DNA from: Bacilli bacterium
GTDB taxonomy: Bacteria > Bacillota_I > Bacilli_A > RF39 > UBA660
NCBI GenBank assembly: GCA_900772445.1
Contig: CAAHEL010000060.1
Coordinates: forward strand, 1-28,550
Direction: 5' to 3'
DNA: 28,550 bases
Every line of letters begins with the position of its first letter. The stretch's first letter is position 1. The notes beneath the pieces are model-generated. The model did not search any database. It had not been told where the DNA came from and saw nothing but the letters and a program-made list of their open reading frames with translations. Below, one piece after another: positions 8,328 to 17,090 of this stretch. The position numbers and the translations under genes were made by a program.

Positions 8328-9547
8328 AAAAAATATTAGTTATTACTTGGTTTTATCCACCAGTTAATTCTTCGGAAGGATTAGTTACATATAAGCTTTT
8401 AAATAATTCTAAATACGAATATGATGTTTTTACTCAAAAGAATTCTGCTTCTTGGAGTTACGGAAATAAAGAAACATTAGAAAATAAAGATAATGTTAAT
8501 TCTATATTTGCTAAATCTAATAATTTAAAAGATTGGAAAAAGGAAGCAATTGAATACTTTAAAAATAATAAAGATAAATATGATATAGTTATGACTAGGT
8601 CTATGCCTCCAGAATCACACGAAGTAGGATTAAAAATAAAGAAAATTAAACCTAGTATTAAATGGATAGCATCTTTTGGAGATCCAATTGCTAATAATCC
8701 TTATGTTAATTTGAGTAAAAAAATGGATAATACAAGATTACTTATTAGAATTAAAAGATTACCTAAGAATATTGCAAGAAATCTAGTTAGAAAATGTATT
8801 ACAGAAAATCCAATTCAAGATAAAACTATTAAGAATTCTGATATGATTATTTTTAATTCAGAAGAACAAAAGAAATATATGTTAGGAAATAAATATAAAG
8901 ATAAGAATAGTATTGTTTTAGCACATTCTTATGATGAAAAGTTATATCCTAATAAAGTAAAAAAATATGAAGATAAAATACATATTACTTATATAGGTCA
9001 TTTAGATAGAATAAGAACACCAAGAATATTTTTAGAAGCAATAAAAGAATTAAAAAATGAAGATGAAGAATTATTCAAGAAACTTGAGGTTGATTTTTAT
9101 GGTAATTTATGTAGTGATGATAAATTATATATATTTGATAACTATTTGTATGATATAGTAAAATATAAGAAACAAGTATCATACTTAGAAAGTTTAAAAA
9201 TAATGAAAGAAACTAATTTCTTATTACATATAGATGCTAATTTAAGTTTAGTTAATAATGAAAATATCTTTTTTGCAGCAAAGCTTGCTGATTATATTGG
9301 TAGTGGTACTCCGATTATTAGTATTACTATGTTAGATGGGGCAAGTGCTAATATATTAAGAAATATAAATGCTTTAGTTTTAACTTATAGTAAATCAGAT
9401 ATTAAGAATTATTTAAGAAAAATAGTTTATAATAATTATAAATTCGAATTAAATAAAGAAACATCTTTGGAATATAGTTCTAAAGAAGTAGCAAAGAAAT
9501 TTGATAATATGGTTTCTTCAGAATTAGGAGTAAAAAATGAAAACTAA
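8324..9547 (+). CDS. GT-B fold (GT4/GT1-like) glycosyltransferase, specificity unknown
   Basis: The KILVITWFYPP N-terminus and YIGHLDRIRTP...EAIKEL / KLADYIGSGTPII patterns are typical of GT-B enzymes. Its ATGA start overlaps the upstream stop. Confidence 0.5.
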   Translation: MKKILVITWFYPPVNSSEGLVTYKLLNNSKYEYDVFTQKNSASWSYGNKETLENKDNVNSIFAKSNNLKDWKKEAIEYFKNNKDKYDIVMTRSMPPESHEVGLKIKKIKPSIKWIASFGDPIANNPYVNLSKKMDNTRLLIRIKRLPKNIARNLVRKCITENPIQDKTIKNSDMIIFNSEEQKKYMLGNKYKDKNSIVLAHSYDEKLYPNKVKKYEDKIHITYIGHLDRIRTPRIFLEAIKELKNEDEELFKKLEVDFYGNLCSDDKLYIFDNYLYDIVKYKKQVSYLESLKIMKETNFLLHIDANLSLVNNENIFFAAKLADYIGSGTPIISITMLDGASANILRNINALVLTYSKSDIKNYLRKIVYNNYKFELNKETSLEYSSKEVAKKFDNMVSSELGVKNEN

Positions 9548-10796
9548 ATATTTAATAATTGGTGGTGGTATCTCAGGATTAACACTAGCAAACTATGTTG
9601 ATGATTATTTAATAATTGAGAAAGAAAATGAAGTTGGTGGATATTGTAAAACAATTAAAAAAGGAGATTATATTTGGGATTATGCAGGACATTTCTTTCA
9701 TTTTAAAACTGAAGAATTTAAAACTAAATTTTTAGATGTTATTCCTAAAGAAGATATAATCTATCAAGATAAATGTACTAAAATATTATATAAAAATAAG
9801 TTAATAGATTATCCTTTTCAAACTAATATTCACGAACTAGATAAAGAGGAATTTATTGATTGTTTGTATGATTTATTTACTAAAGAAGAAAAAGATAATT
9901 ATGATAATTTTTTAGATATGTTATATGGTAAATTTGGTAAAAGTATTGTAGAAAAGTTTTTAAAACCATATAATGAAAAGTTATATGCAATTGATTTAAC
10001 AAAACTAGATGTTGATGCAATGGGAAGATTTTTCCCTTATGCTGATAAAGAAGCAATTATTAGAAATATGAAAGAAAGTAATAATAGTTCTTATAATAAT
10101 AGTTTCTTATATCCAAAAAATGGTGCTGGTTCATTTATTAAAGTATTAAGTGATAATTTAGATAAGAATAAAATATTATTAAATACAGAGGTAAAAAGTA
10201 TTGATATAGAAAATAAAAAAGTAACTTTATCTAGCGGGAAAGAAATTAATTATGAATATTTAATTAATACTATATCTTTACCTAAATTTATAAAGTTAAC
10301 TAATAAAAATCTAGAACTTGCTAATTCGTTATCTTATAATAAAGTTTTAGTATTTAATCTAGGATTTAATAAAAAATCTAATTTAACTAAAGAACATTGG
10401 TTATATATTCCTAGTAAAGAATGTAATTACTATAGAATAGGATTTTATGATAATATCTTAAATCAAGATAAACTTAGTATGTATGTTGAAATAGGATATG
10501 GTAAAGATGATATAATTAGTGAAGAAGAAATAAAAAGACAATTAGATTTAACTATTAATAATTTATTAGAACAAGGTATTATAGATAAAGATACTAGATT
10601 ATGTGATTATGTTTCTATAGTTATGGATCCGGCATATGTACACATTAATAGTGTTACAGATAAAGAAGTAAAAAAATACTTTAAAGATATGGAAAAATAT
10701 AATGTATATAGTATTGGTAGATATGGTGGTTGGACTTATTGTTCTATGGAAGACTGTATGTTAGAGGCGAAGAATTTATCAGAAAAAATAAACTAA
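9537..10796 (+). CDS. FAD-dependent oxidoreductase, UDP-galactopyranose mutase-like
   Basis: The N-terminal dinucleotide fold YLIIGGGISGLTLA, then EVGGYCKT...WDYAGHFFH, resembles the Glf/amine-oxidase pattern. It sits inside a glycan cluster next to galE. Confidence 0.5.
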   Translation: MKTKYLIIGGGISGLTLANYVDDYLIIEKENEVGGYCKTIKKGDYIWDYAGHFFHFKTEEFKTKFLDVIPKEDIIYQDKCTKILYKNKLIDYPFQTNIHELDKEEFIDCLYDLFTKEEKDNYDNFLDMLYGKFGKSIVEKFLKPYNEKLYAIDLTKLDVDAMGRFFPYADKEAIIRNMKESNNSSYNNSFLYPKNGAGSFIKVLSDNLDKNKILLNTEVKSIDIENKKVTLSSGKEINYEYLINTISLPKFIKLTNKNLELANSLSYNKVLVFNLGFNKKSNLTKEHWLYIPSKECNYYRIGFYDNILNQDKLSMYVEIGYGKDDIISEEEIKRQLDLTINNLLEQGIIDKDTRLCDYVSIVMDPAYVHINSVTDKEVKKYFKDMEKYNVYSIGRYGGWTYCSMEDCMLEAKNLSEKIN

Positions 10797-10826
10797 AAAC
10801 TTTAAAAAGAAAAAGAGTTGAGTGTT

Positions 10827-11549
10827 ATGGAAAAATATTATAAGGTAATGTATAAAGATAGTGCAAATAGTTTTTATAATCTATTAGAAGACTATCTAGT
10901 TAATAATAAAAAAGAATTTATTGTTACTGCTAATCCTGAAACTTTTATGAAATCTTTAGAAGACAAAGAAGTTACTAAATTATTATCTGATAAAAATACT
11001 CTTTTAGTACCAGATGGAATTGGTATAGTAAAGTCTTCAAAAATGTTAGGATATGATATTACTGAAAGAATTACTGGTATTGATATTGCTTATGAATTAT
11101 TAAAATTAGGTAATAAATATCATAAAAAAATCTATTTATTTGGTTCAATGCAAAAAGTAATAGATATGATGTTAGAGGTATTAAAAAAAGATTATCCTAA
11201 TTTAGTAATAGTTGGTAGTTCTAATGGATATGTTAATGACAAAGATAAAGTCTTTGATGAAATATCTAAATTAAAACCTGATATTGTTTTAGTAGCACTT
11301 GGTATTCCTTTACAAGAAAAGTTAATATATAAACATTTAAATAAATTTGATAAAGGTATTTTTGTTGGAGTAGGTGGTTCTTTTGATGTAATTAGTGGTT
11401 ATAAAAAAAGAGCGCCTAAGATATTTATTAAATTAAATTTAGAATGGTTATATAGAATAATAAAAGAACCAAAAAGAATTAAAAGATTTTTTGAATCTAA
11501 TGTTAAATTTATGATTTATAATTATAAATTAAGAAAATCTAGGAGGTAG
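10827..11549 (+). CDS. tagA: WecB/TagA/CpsF family glycosyltransferase (N-acetylmannosaminyltransferase-like)
   Basis: About 240 aa with TANPE, LVPDGIGIV, ALGIPLQE and GVGGSFD motifs. The track start at 10818 is a TTG, so the ATG at 10827 is preferred. Confidence 0.85.
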   Translation: MEKYYKVMYKDSANSFYNLLEDYLVNNKKEFIVTANPETFMKSLEDKEVTKLLSDKNTLLVPDGIGIVKSSKMLGYDITERITGIDIAYELLKLGNKYHKKIYLFGSMQKVIDMMLEVLKKDYPNLVIVGSSNGYVNDKDKVFDEISKLKPDIVLVALGIPLQEKLIYKHLNKFDKGIFVGVGGSFDVISGYKKRAPKIFIKLNLEWLYRIIKEPKRIKRFFESNVKFMIYNYKLRKSRR

Positions 11550-11552
11550 TAA

Positions 11553-12653
11553 ATGATTAAAGTAATGACTGTTTTTGGTACTAGACCAGAAGCAATAAAG
11601 ATGGCACCTTTAGTAAAAGAATTAGAAAGTAGAAAAGAAATAAAAAGTATTGTTTGTGTTACAGCACAACATAGAGAAATGTTAGACCAAGTTTTAGAAG
11701 TTTTTGATATAAAACCAGATTATGATTTAAATATTATGAAACCAGGTCAAACCTTATCTGAAATAACTAGTAGAGTATTAATGGGATTAGAAGAAGTAAT
11801 AAAGAAAGAAGAACCAAATGTTATTTTAGTTCACGGAGATACTACTACTACATTTGCTGGAGCACTTGCAGCATTTTATAATAAAGTAGATATAGGTCAC
11901 GTTGAAGCAGGTCTTAGAACATATAATAAATATTCGCCATTTCCTGAAGAAATGAATAGACAAATGGTTGATAGAGTAACTGATATGTTTTTTGCTCCAA
12001 CGGAAGTATCAAAAAATAATTTACTTATTGAAAATATTAATGAAGATAAAATCTATATAACAGGTAATACTGCCATTGATGCAATGAAATATACTGTAAA
12101 AGAAGATTATAACAATGAAATATTTGATTATATTGGTAATGATAGAATGATATTACTAACCGCTCATAGAAGAGAAAATTTAGGAGAACCTATGTATAAT
12201 ATCTTTAGGGCAGTAAAAAGATTAGTGGAAGATATTCCTAATATTAAAGTAATTTATCCAATTCATTTAAATCCTAATATAAGAAAAATAGCAGATGAAG
12301 TAATAGGACATAATGATAGAATAAAAATAATTGAACCTCTTGAAGTAGTAGATTTTCATAATTTTATAAATAAAAGTTATATAATTTTAACTGATAGTGG
12401 TGGAATTCAAGAAGAAGCACCATCACTTGGTAAACCAGTTTTAGTTTTAAGAGATACTACTGAAAGGCCAGAAGGAATAACTGCAGGAACATTAAAACTA
12501 GTAGGAACAAATGAAGAAGAAATATATAATAATGCTAAAATATTATTAGAAAATGAAACAGAATATAATAAAATGAGTCACGCTTGTAATCCATATGGTG
12601 ATGGTACAGCAAGTAAGCAAATAGTAGATGCAATAATTGAAAAATATAGGTAG
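11553..12653 (+). CDS. mnaA: UDP-N-acetylglucosamine 2-epimerase (non-hydrolysing)
   Basis: FGTRPEAIKMAP, HVEAGLRT, HRREN and DSGGIQEEAPSLGKPVLVLRDTTERPE. Confidence 0.93.
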   Translation: MIKVMTVFGTRPEAIKMAPLVKELESRKEIKSIVCVTAQHREMLDQVLEVFDIKPDYDLNIMKPGQTLSEITSRVLMGLEEVIKKEEPNVILVHGDTTTTFAGALAAFYNKVDIGHVEAGLRTYNKYSPFPEEMNRQMVDRVTDMFFAPTEVSKNNLLIENINEDKIYITGNTAIDAMKYTVKEDYNNEIFDYIGNDRMILLTAHRRENLGEPMYNIFRAVKRLVEDIPNIKVIYPIHLNPNIRKIADEVIGHNDRIKIIEPLEVVDFHNFINKSYIILTDSGGIQEEAPSLGKPVLVLRDTTERPEGITAGTLKLVGTNEEEIYNNAKILLENETEYNKMSHACNPYGDGTASKQIVDAIIEKYR

Positions 12654-12661
12654 GTGTAAGA

Positions 12662-13663
12662 ATGAAAATATTAGTAACAGGTGGAACTGGATTTATTGGT
12701 AGTCATACGGTAGTAGAATTATTAAATAGTGGCTATGAAGTAATAGTAATTGATAATTTATCTAATTCTAAAATAGATGTTGTAGATAAAATAAAGAAAA
12801 TAACTAATAAGAATTTTGACTTTTATGAAGAAGATGTTTGTAATAAAGAAGCATTAGAAAAGATATTTAAAGAAAATAAAATAGATGCAGTAATACATTT
12901 TGCAGGATATAAAGCAGTTGGAGAATCTGTAGAAAAACCATTAATGTATTATAGAAATAATCTAGATAGTACATTTAGTTTATGTGAAGTAATGAGTAAA
13001 TATGGTTGTAAGAATTTTGTCTTTTCTTCATCTGCGACAGTATATGGTACACCAAAAAGTTTACCAATTAAAGAAGATTTTCCTATTGGAGACACTACTA
13101 ATCCATATGGAACTAGTAAAGTAATGAATGAAAGAATATTAACAGATATTTATAATTCAGATAATTCTTGGAATATTGCTTTACTTAGATATTTTAATCC
13201 AATTGGAGCACATAAAAGTGGTTTAATTGGAGAAAATCCTAACGATATTCCAAATAATTTAATGCCTTACATTGTTAAAGTAGCAACTGGAGAATTACCA
13301 ATTTTAAATATATTTGGTGATGATTATGATACAATTGATGGAACTGGAGTAAGAGATTATATTCATGTTGTTGATTTAGCAAAAGGACATATTAAAGCAA
13401 TTGAATGGGTACTTAAAGGTAATGGAATAGATGCTTTTAATCTAGGAACTGGTAATGGATATAGTGTACTTGAACTGGTTAATGCTTTTAAAAAATACAA
13501 TAATGTAGATGTTCCATATAAAATAGTAGGAAGAAGAAGTGGAGATATTGCTTCTTGTTATGCTGATGTTAGTTATGCTAAAAAAGTTTTAGGCTGGGAA
13601 AGTGTTTATGGTATTAAAGATATGGTAATAGATGCTTATAATTTTGTAAAAAATAACAAGTAG
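12662..13663 (+). CDS. galE: UDP-glucose 4-epimerase
   Basis: GGTGFIGSH Rossmann motif, the SSSATVYG and YGTSK (YxxxK) catalytic motifs, and RDYIHVVDLA. Confidence 0.92.
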   Translation: MKILVTGGTGFIGSHTVVELLNSGYEVIVIDNLSNSKIDVVDKIKKITNKNFDFYEEDVCNKEALEKIFKENKIDAVIHFAGYKAVGESVEKPLMYYRNNLDSTFSLCEVMSKYGCKNFVFSSSATVYGTPKSLPIKEDFPIGDTTNPYGTSKVMNERILTDIYNSDNSWNIALLRYFNPIGAHKSGLIGENPNDIPNNLMPYIVKVATGELPILNIFGDDYDTIDGTGVRDYIHVVDLAKGHIKAIEWVLKGNGIDAFNLGTGNGYSVLELVNAFKKYNNVDVPYKIVGRRSGDIASCYADVSYAKKVLGWESVYGIKDMVIDAYNFVKNNK

Positions 13664-13681
13664 TATTGAAAAATAAATAAA

Positions 13682-13712
13682 ACTATTATATAATTTATAT
13701 AGTAGTTTTTTT
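13682..13712 (+). terminator. Intrinsic terminator after galE
   Basis: A 10-bp stem (13682-13691 pairs with 13697-13706, one G-U) with a 5-nt loop, followed by T6. Confidence 0.55.
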
Positions 13713-13723
13713 GAGGTGAAATT

Positions 13724-14761
13724 ATGGGGATTAAGGAAATTTTATTAATGGTTGGAGTAACTTTCTTATTTACGGTATTTTTTATTCCAGTAGTAAAGAA
13801 AATTGCTAATCATATTGGAGCATTAGATATTCCAAATGAAAGAAAAGTACATAAGGTACCAATTCCAAGATTAGGTGGTTTAGGAATATATGCTGGTTTC
13901 TTATTAGGTTATATGTTATTTTGTAATGAATCGTTGCAAATGAATTCAATACTTATTGGTAGTTTTATTATAATTATAACTGGTATAATTGATGATATTA
14001 AACCAATACCTGCGAAATATAAATTTTTAGGTCAAGTTGCTGGGGCAGCAGTAATACCATTATATGGTGGTATTATTCTAAAAGATATTAGTGCTTTTGG
14101 ATTAAATATTGATTTTGGTTTTTTAAGTATTCCAGTAACTATTCTATTTATAGTATCAATAATTAATTGTATTAATTTAATTGATGGATTAGATGGACTT
14201 GCTGGAGGGCTTGCTTCGATATATTTTTTAACAATTGGAATAATAGCAATGATGCTTAATAATTCAAATGGATTAGATATAGTTTTAACATTTATAATGT
14301 TAGGTTCTACACTAGGTTTCTTATGGCATAATTTTAATCCAGCATCAATATTTATGGGAGACTCTGGTAGTATGTTTTTAGGATATATTATATCAGTAAT
14401 TGCTTTATTAGGTTTTAAAAATGTAACATTAACATCATTTATTGTTCCAATGTTATTGCTTGCTATTCCGATATTAGATACATTCTTTGCTATATTAAGA
14501 AGAATTATTAATCATAAACCTATAACTATGCCAGATAAAAATCATTTACATCATCAATTACTTAGAATGAAGTTTTCGCAAAGAAAAACAGTATTAATTA
14601 TATATATGGTTGATATATTATTTGCAATAGCATCAATTATATATGTTCTAGGAGATAGTCTTCAAGGAATAATTGTTTATGTAATATTACTTATTATTAC
14701 TTTAATATTTATATTTAAAACCAATATTATTTGGGATAGAACTAAGAAGAATAAGAATTAA
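13724..14761 (+). CDS. tagO: Undecaprenyl-phosphate GlcNAc-1-phosphate transferase (WecA/TagO, MraY-like GT4 family)
   Basis: Polytopic membrane protein with the NLIDGLDGLA and FMGDSGS motifs. Its context includes tagA and mnaA. Confidence 0.88.
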   Translation: MGIKEILLMVGVTFLFTVFFIPVVKKIANHIGALDIPNERKVHKVPIPRLGGLGIYAGFLLGYMLFCNESLQMNSILIGSFIIIITGIIDDIKPIPAKYKFLGQVAGAAVIPLYGGIILKDISAFGLNIDFGFLSIPVTILFIVSIINCINLIDGLDGLAGGLASIYFLTIGIIAMMLNNSNGLDIVLTFIMLGSTLGFLWHNFNPASIFMGDSGSMFLGYIISVIALLGFKNVTLTSFIVPMLLLAIPILDTFFAILRRIINHKPITMPDKNHLHHQLLRMKFSQRKTVLIIYMVDILFAIASIIYVLGDSLQGIIVYVILLIITLIFIFKTNIIWDRTKKNKN

Positions 14762-14773
14762 TTATTCTTTTTT
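14747..14773 (+). terminator. Terminator-like hairpin at the end of tagO
   Basis: AAGAATAA (14747-14754) pairs with TTATTCTT (14762-14769) around a 7-nt loop that holds the tagO stop codon, followed by a T-run. Confidence 0.45.
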
Positions 14774-14792
14774 CTATTTTTATCTAAGAGTA

Positions 14793-14801
14793 TGATATAA
14801 T
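14793..14801 (+). promoter_or_regulatory. Extended -10 promoter element upstream of the three-gene ATPase module
   Basis: TGaTATAAT (TG 14793-14794, TATAAT 14796-14801) lies downstream of the tagO hairpin. There is no good -35 box, which is typical of extended -10 promoters. Confidence 0.45.
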
Positions 14802-14834
14802 ATAATTATATTAGAAATAATAATGAGGTGCGAA

Positions 14835-16694
14835 ATGAATAATAGTGTTAGATTAACCCTTCCCACTATGAAGGATATATTTGGAACAGATGATTACAAT
14901 ACAGGTCAATTAAGAGTAATAGCAAAATATGGGGTAGCAAGCAATGTAACAGATTTAGCTTTGTTAAGTGGTGCAGATCCATATGTGTATAAAGGAAATA
15001 TTTATGAAGGAGCATATTTTACTAAGTCACAAGAAAGTGTTGGTATGGGTTATCTCTTAGTTTGTGAAGGTGGTTGGTGTGGTATTAATGGAAATAGTTA
15101 TACTAGAGATAAATGTATTAGACCAGTTATTGAAATGCCTTCAAATTATATAGAATTATGTAAAAATAGTAGATTTAATGATAAAGATGTTAGGGAAGTA
15201 GATTTTGGTGAATATCCACAAAATGCTCCTCCAAAAGATATACAAGAAATGCTTGAAGAAAAATATAGAAAAGGTGAATTTAAATTAACTGGAGCTAGTT
15301 ATACTTTTAATAGATTTGATAATACTGTGGTACATAATTCTCCTTTTGAACCTGTTAAATATAATGAGTATGAATATAATGGTAAAAAATATATTAGAAC
15401 AACTGTGGAGTCAAATTACATTGTTTTAAATAATGGTGAATGTCTTCGTGATGCAAAGGGAAGTTATGTTTGGATTGAAGTATCACCAGTTACTTGGTTG
15501 ATTGATACAGAAGAACATAAGTTAATTTCTAAATATTGTTTACTTTCAGGAATTAGATTTGATAAAGAAGATTTATATGATGGAGATTTTTCTAAAACAG
15601 AAATGTATGATTATTTAGAAAAATATATGTCAAAAGAAATGATGCAAGGTACTTTAAAAACATATGTTAGTAGTAAACCTAAAACTGTTAATTCATATGG
15701 ATTTAATTTTGAAAAAGTAAGTGAAGAAGATATAATAAGAGGTTCTGTTGAAAGTGGAATAGCGGTATTTTTACATGGTCCATCTTCTGAAGGCAAAAGT
15801 GCTAGAGTAAAACAAATTGATCCGGATTGTGAAATAATTTATCTTCGCAATGCTACACCAGATAGTTTAAATGGAAAAAGTGTATATAACACCGAAACAG
15901 GGGAAATGATTGATGTTCCTCCGACTTGGTTAAAAAAATTAAAAGAAAAGTGTGAACGAGAACCAGATAAACTACATATTTTGTTCTTTGATGAAATAAC
16001 TAATGCTCTTCCAAGTATCCAAGGTATAGCATTTAATATAGTTTTAGATAGAGAAGTAAATGGTATTTGGAAATTACCAGATAATGCTAGAATTGTTGCG
16101 GCAGGTAATGATATGAAAGATTCACTTGCAGCCAACGAACTTGCTGAACCTTTATTTAATAGGTTTGCTCATGTTTATATAAAAACAACTACTGAAAGTT
16201 GGTTAAAATGGGCAAGTGAAAATAATATACATCCTGCGATTTATGCTTATATTGCTTATACTAGAGGTGAAGCGTTAAGAAGTAAATATGATGGTGAAAA
16301 GCCAAATGCTGATCCAAGAAAATGGGAAATGGCATCAAAAATGCTATATAAAACAAATAATCCGGAAATGTTAAGAGCATTAATAGGTGAAGACTTGACG
16401 GAAGAATTTATTCATTTTTGTAAATGTTCTGTAATAACTTTAGATGATGTAATAAATGATAGTTATAGTGAAAGTGATTTAACTATGTTAAATACTGCAG
16501 AAAGATATTCAACAATAATGGGATTATCTGGAGTAGATGAAGAAAACTTTGGAAAAGTTAGGGATTTTGTTTGTAAATTAGGACCAGAATTTGTATCAAC
16601 GTTTGATAGTTTATGGTGTCGTAATGATGAACACAGGTTAGAAATAGTGGCAGAATATAGACTTACTGAAAATAAAGGAGTTGGAAGACGATAA
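14835..16694 (+). CDS. AAA+ ATPase (AAA_5 / MoxR-like core) with an uncharacterised N-terminal region of about 300 aa
   Basis: Walker A GPSSEGKS (15777-15800), Walker B ILFFDE (DE at 15990-15995), sensor-1 VAAGN (N at 16107-16109), arginine in LFNRF (16161-16163) and a helical lid with PRKWEMAS. Start moved from 14823 to the ATG at 14835, which follows GAGGTG. Confidence 0.8.
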   Translation: MNNSVRLTLPTMKDIFGTDDYNTGQLRVIAKYGVASNVTDLALLSGADPYVYKGNIYEGAYFTKSQESVGMGYLLVCEGGWCGINGNSYTRDKCIRPVIEMPSNYIELCKNSRFNDKDVREVDFGEYPQNAPPKDIQEMLEEKYRKGEFKLTGASYTFNRFDNTVVHNSPFEPVKYNEYEYNGKKYIRTTVESNYIVLNNGECLRDAKGSYVWIEVSPVTWLIDTEEHKLISKYCLLSGIRFDKEDLYDGDFSKTEMYDYLEKYMSKEMMQGTLKTYVSSKPKTVNSYGFNFEKVSEEDIIRGSVESGIAVFLHGPSSEGKSARVKQIDPDCEIIYLRNATPDSLNGKSVYNTETGEMIDVPPTWLKKLKEKCEREPDKLHILFFDEITNALPSIQGIAFNIVLDREVNGIWKLPDNARIVAAGNDMKDSLAANELAEPLFNRFAHVYIKTTTESWLKWASENNIHPAIYAYIAYTRGEALRSKYDGEKPNADPRKWEMASKMLYKTNNPEMLRALIGEDLTEEFIHFCKCSVITLDDVINDSYSESDLTMLNTAERYSTIMGLSGVDEENFGKVRDFVCKLGPEFVSTFDSLWCRNDEHRLEIVAEYRLTENKGVGRR

Positions 16695-17083
16695 TGGATA
16701 GAAAAGAGTTATTACTTACTTATATTGAAAATAATGTTGTGCCAATACTTGTAGATTTTATATCAGGTAGTGATTTAGGTAATGCTATAATTTTACCAGC
16801 AAGTATTTCTAAAAGTGAATTAAACGGACATTATGAAGGAAAAGATTTTTTACCTCCGAAATGGTATCAAGAACTTACTTTTGAAAAAAATAGTAAAATA
16901 TTAGTTATAGATAAAATAGATTCTGTATCTAAAGAAGAACAAACAAAGTTTATAGAATTATTAGAATATAGAAAAATATCTACTTTTATACTTCCTAAAA
17001 ATTGTGTAATTATTGTTACAGCAAATGAGATTAATAAAGATAAAATTAATGAAGAATTATTCTCTTTAGTAGCAAGAATATGA
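16694..17083 (+). CDS. Degenerate, catalytically dead AAA+ core paralogue (pseudo-ATPase), 129 aa
   Basis: It aligns by eye, block by block, with the core of the upstream ATPase, but every catalytic motif is ruined. GPSSEGKS becomes SGSDLGNA, FFDE becomes VIDK and NRF becomes SLV, while VAAGN/VTAN is retained. Its start overlaps the upstream stop (TAATG). Confidence 0.7.
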   Translation: MDRKELLLTYIENNVVPILVDFISGSDLGNAIILPASISKSELNGHYEGKDFLPPKWYQELTFEKNSKILVIDKIDSVSKEEQTKFIELLEYRKISTFILPKNCVIIVTANEINKDKINEELFSLVARI

Positions 17084-17090
17084 GGTAATT

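Noticed and set aside
15611-16135. Two minus-strand ORFs (15611..15796 and 15839..16135) inside the ATPase gene
   Set aside because: These are antisense shadow ORFs fully embedded in a CDS that has clear AAA+ motifs. They have no RBS and no recognisable motifs.
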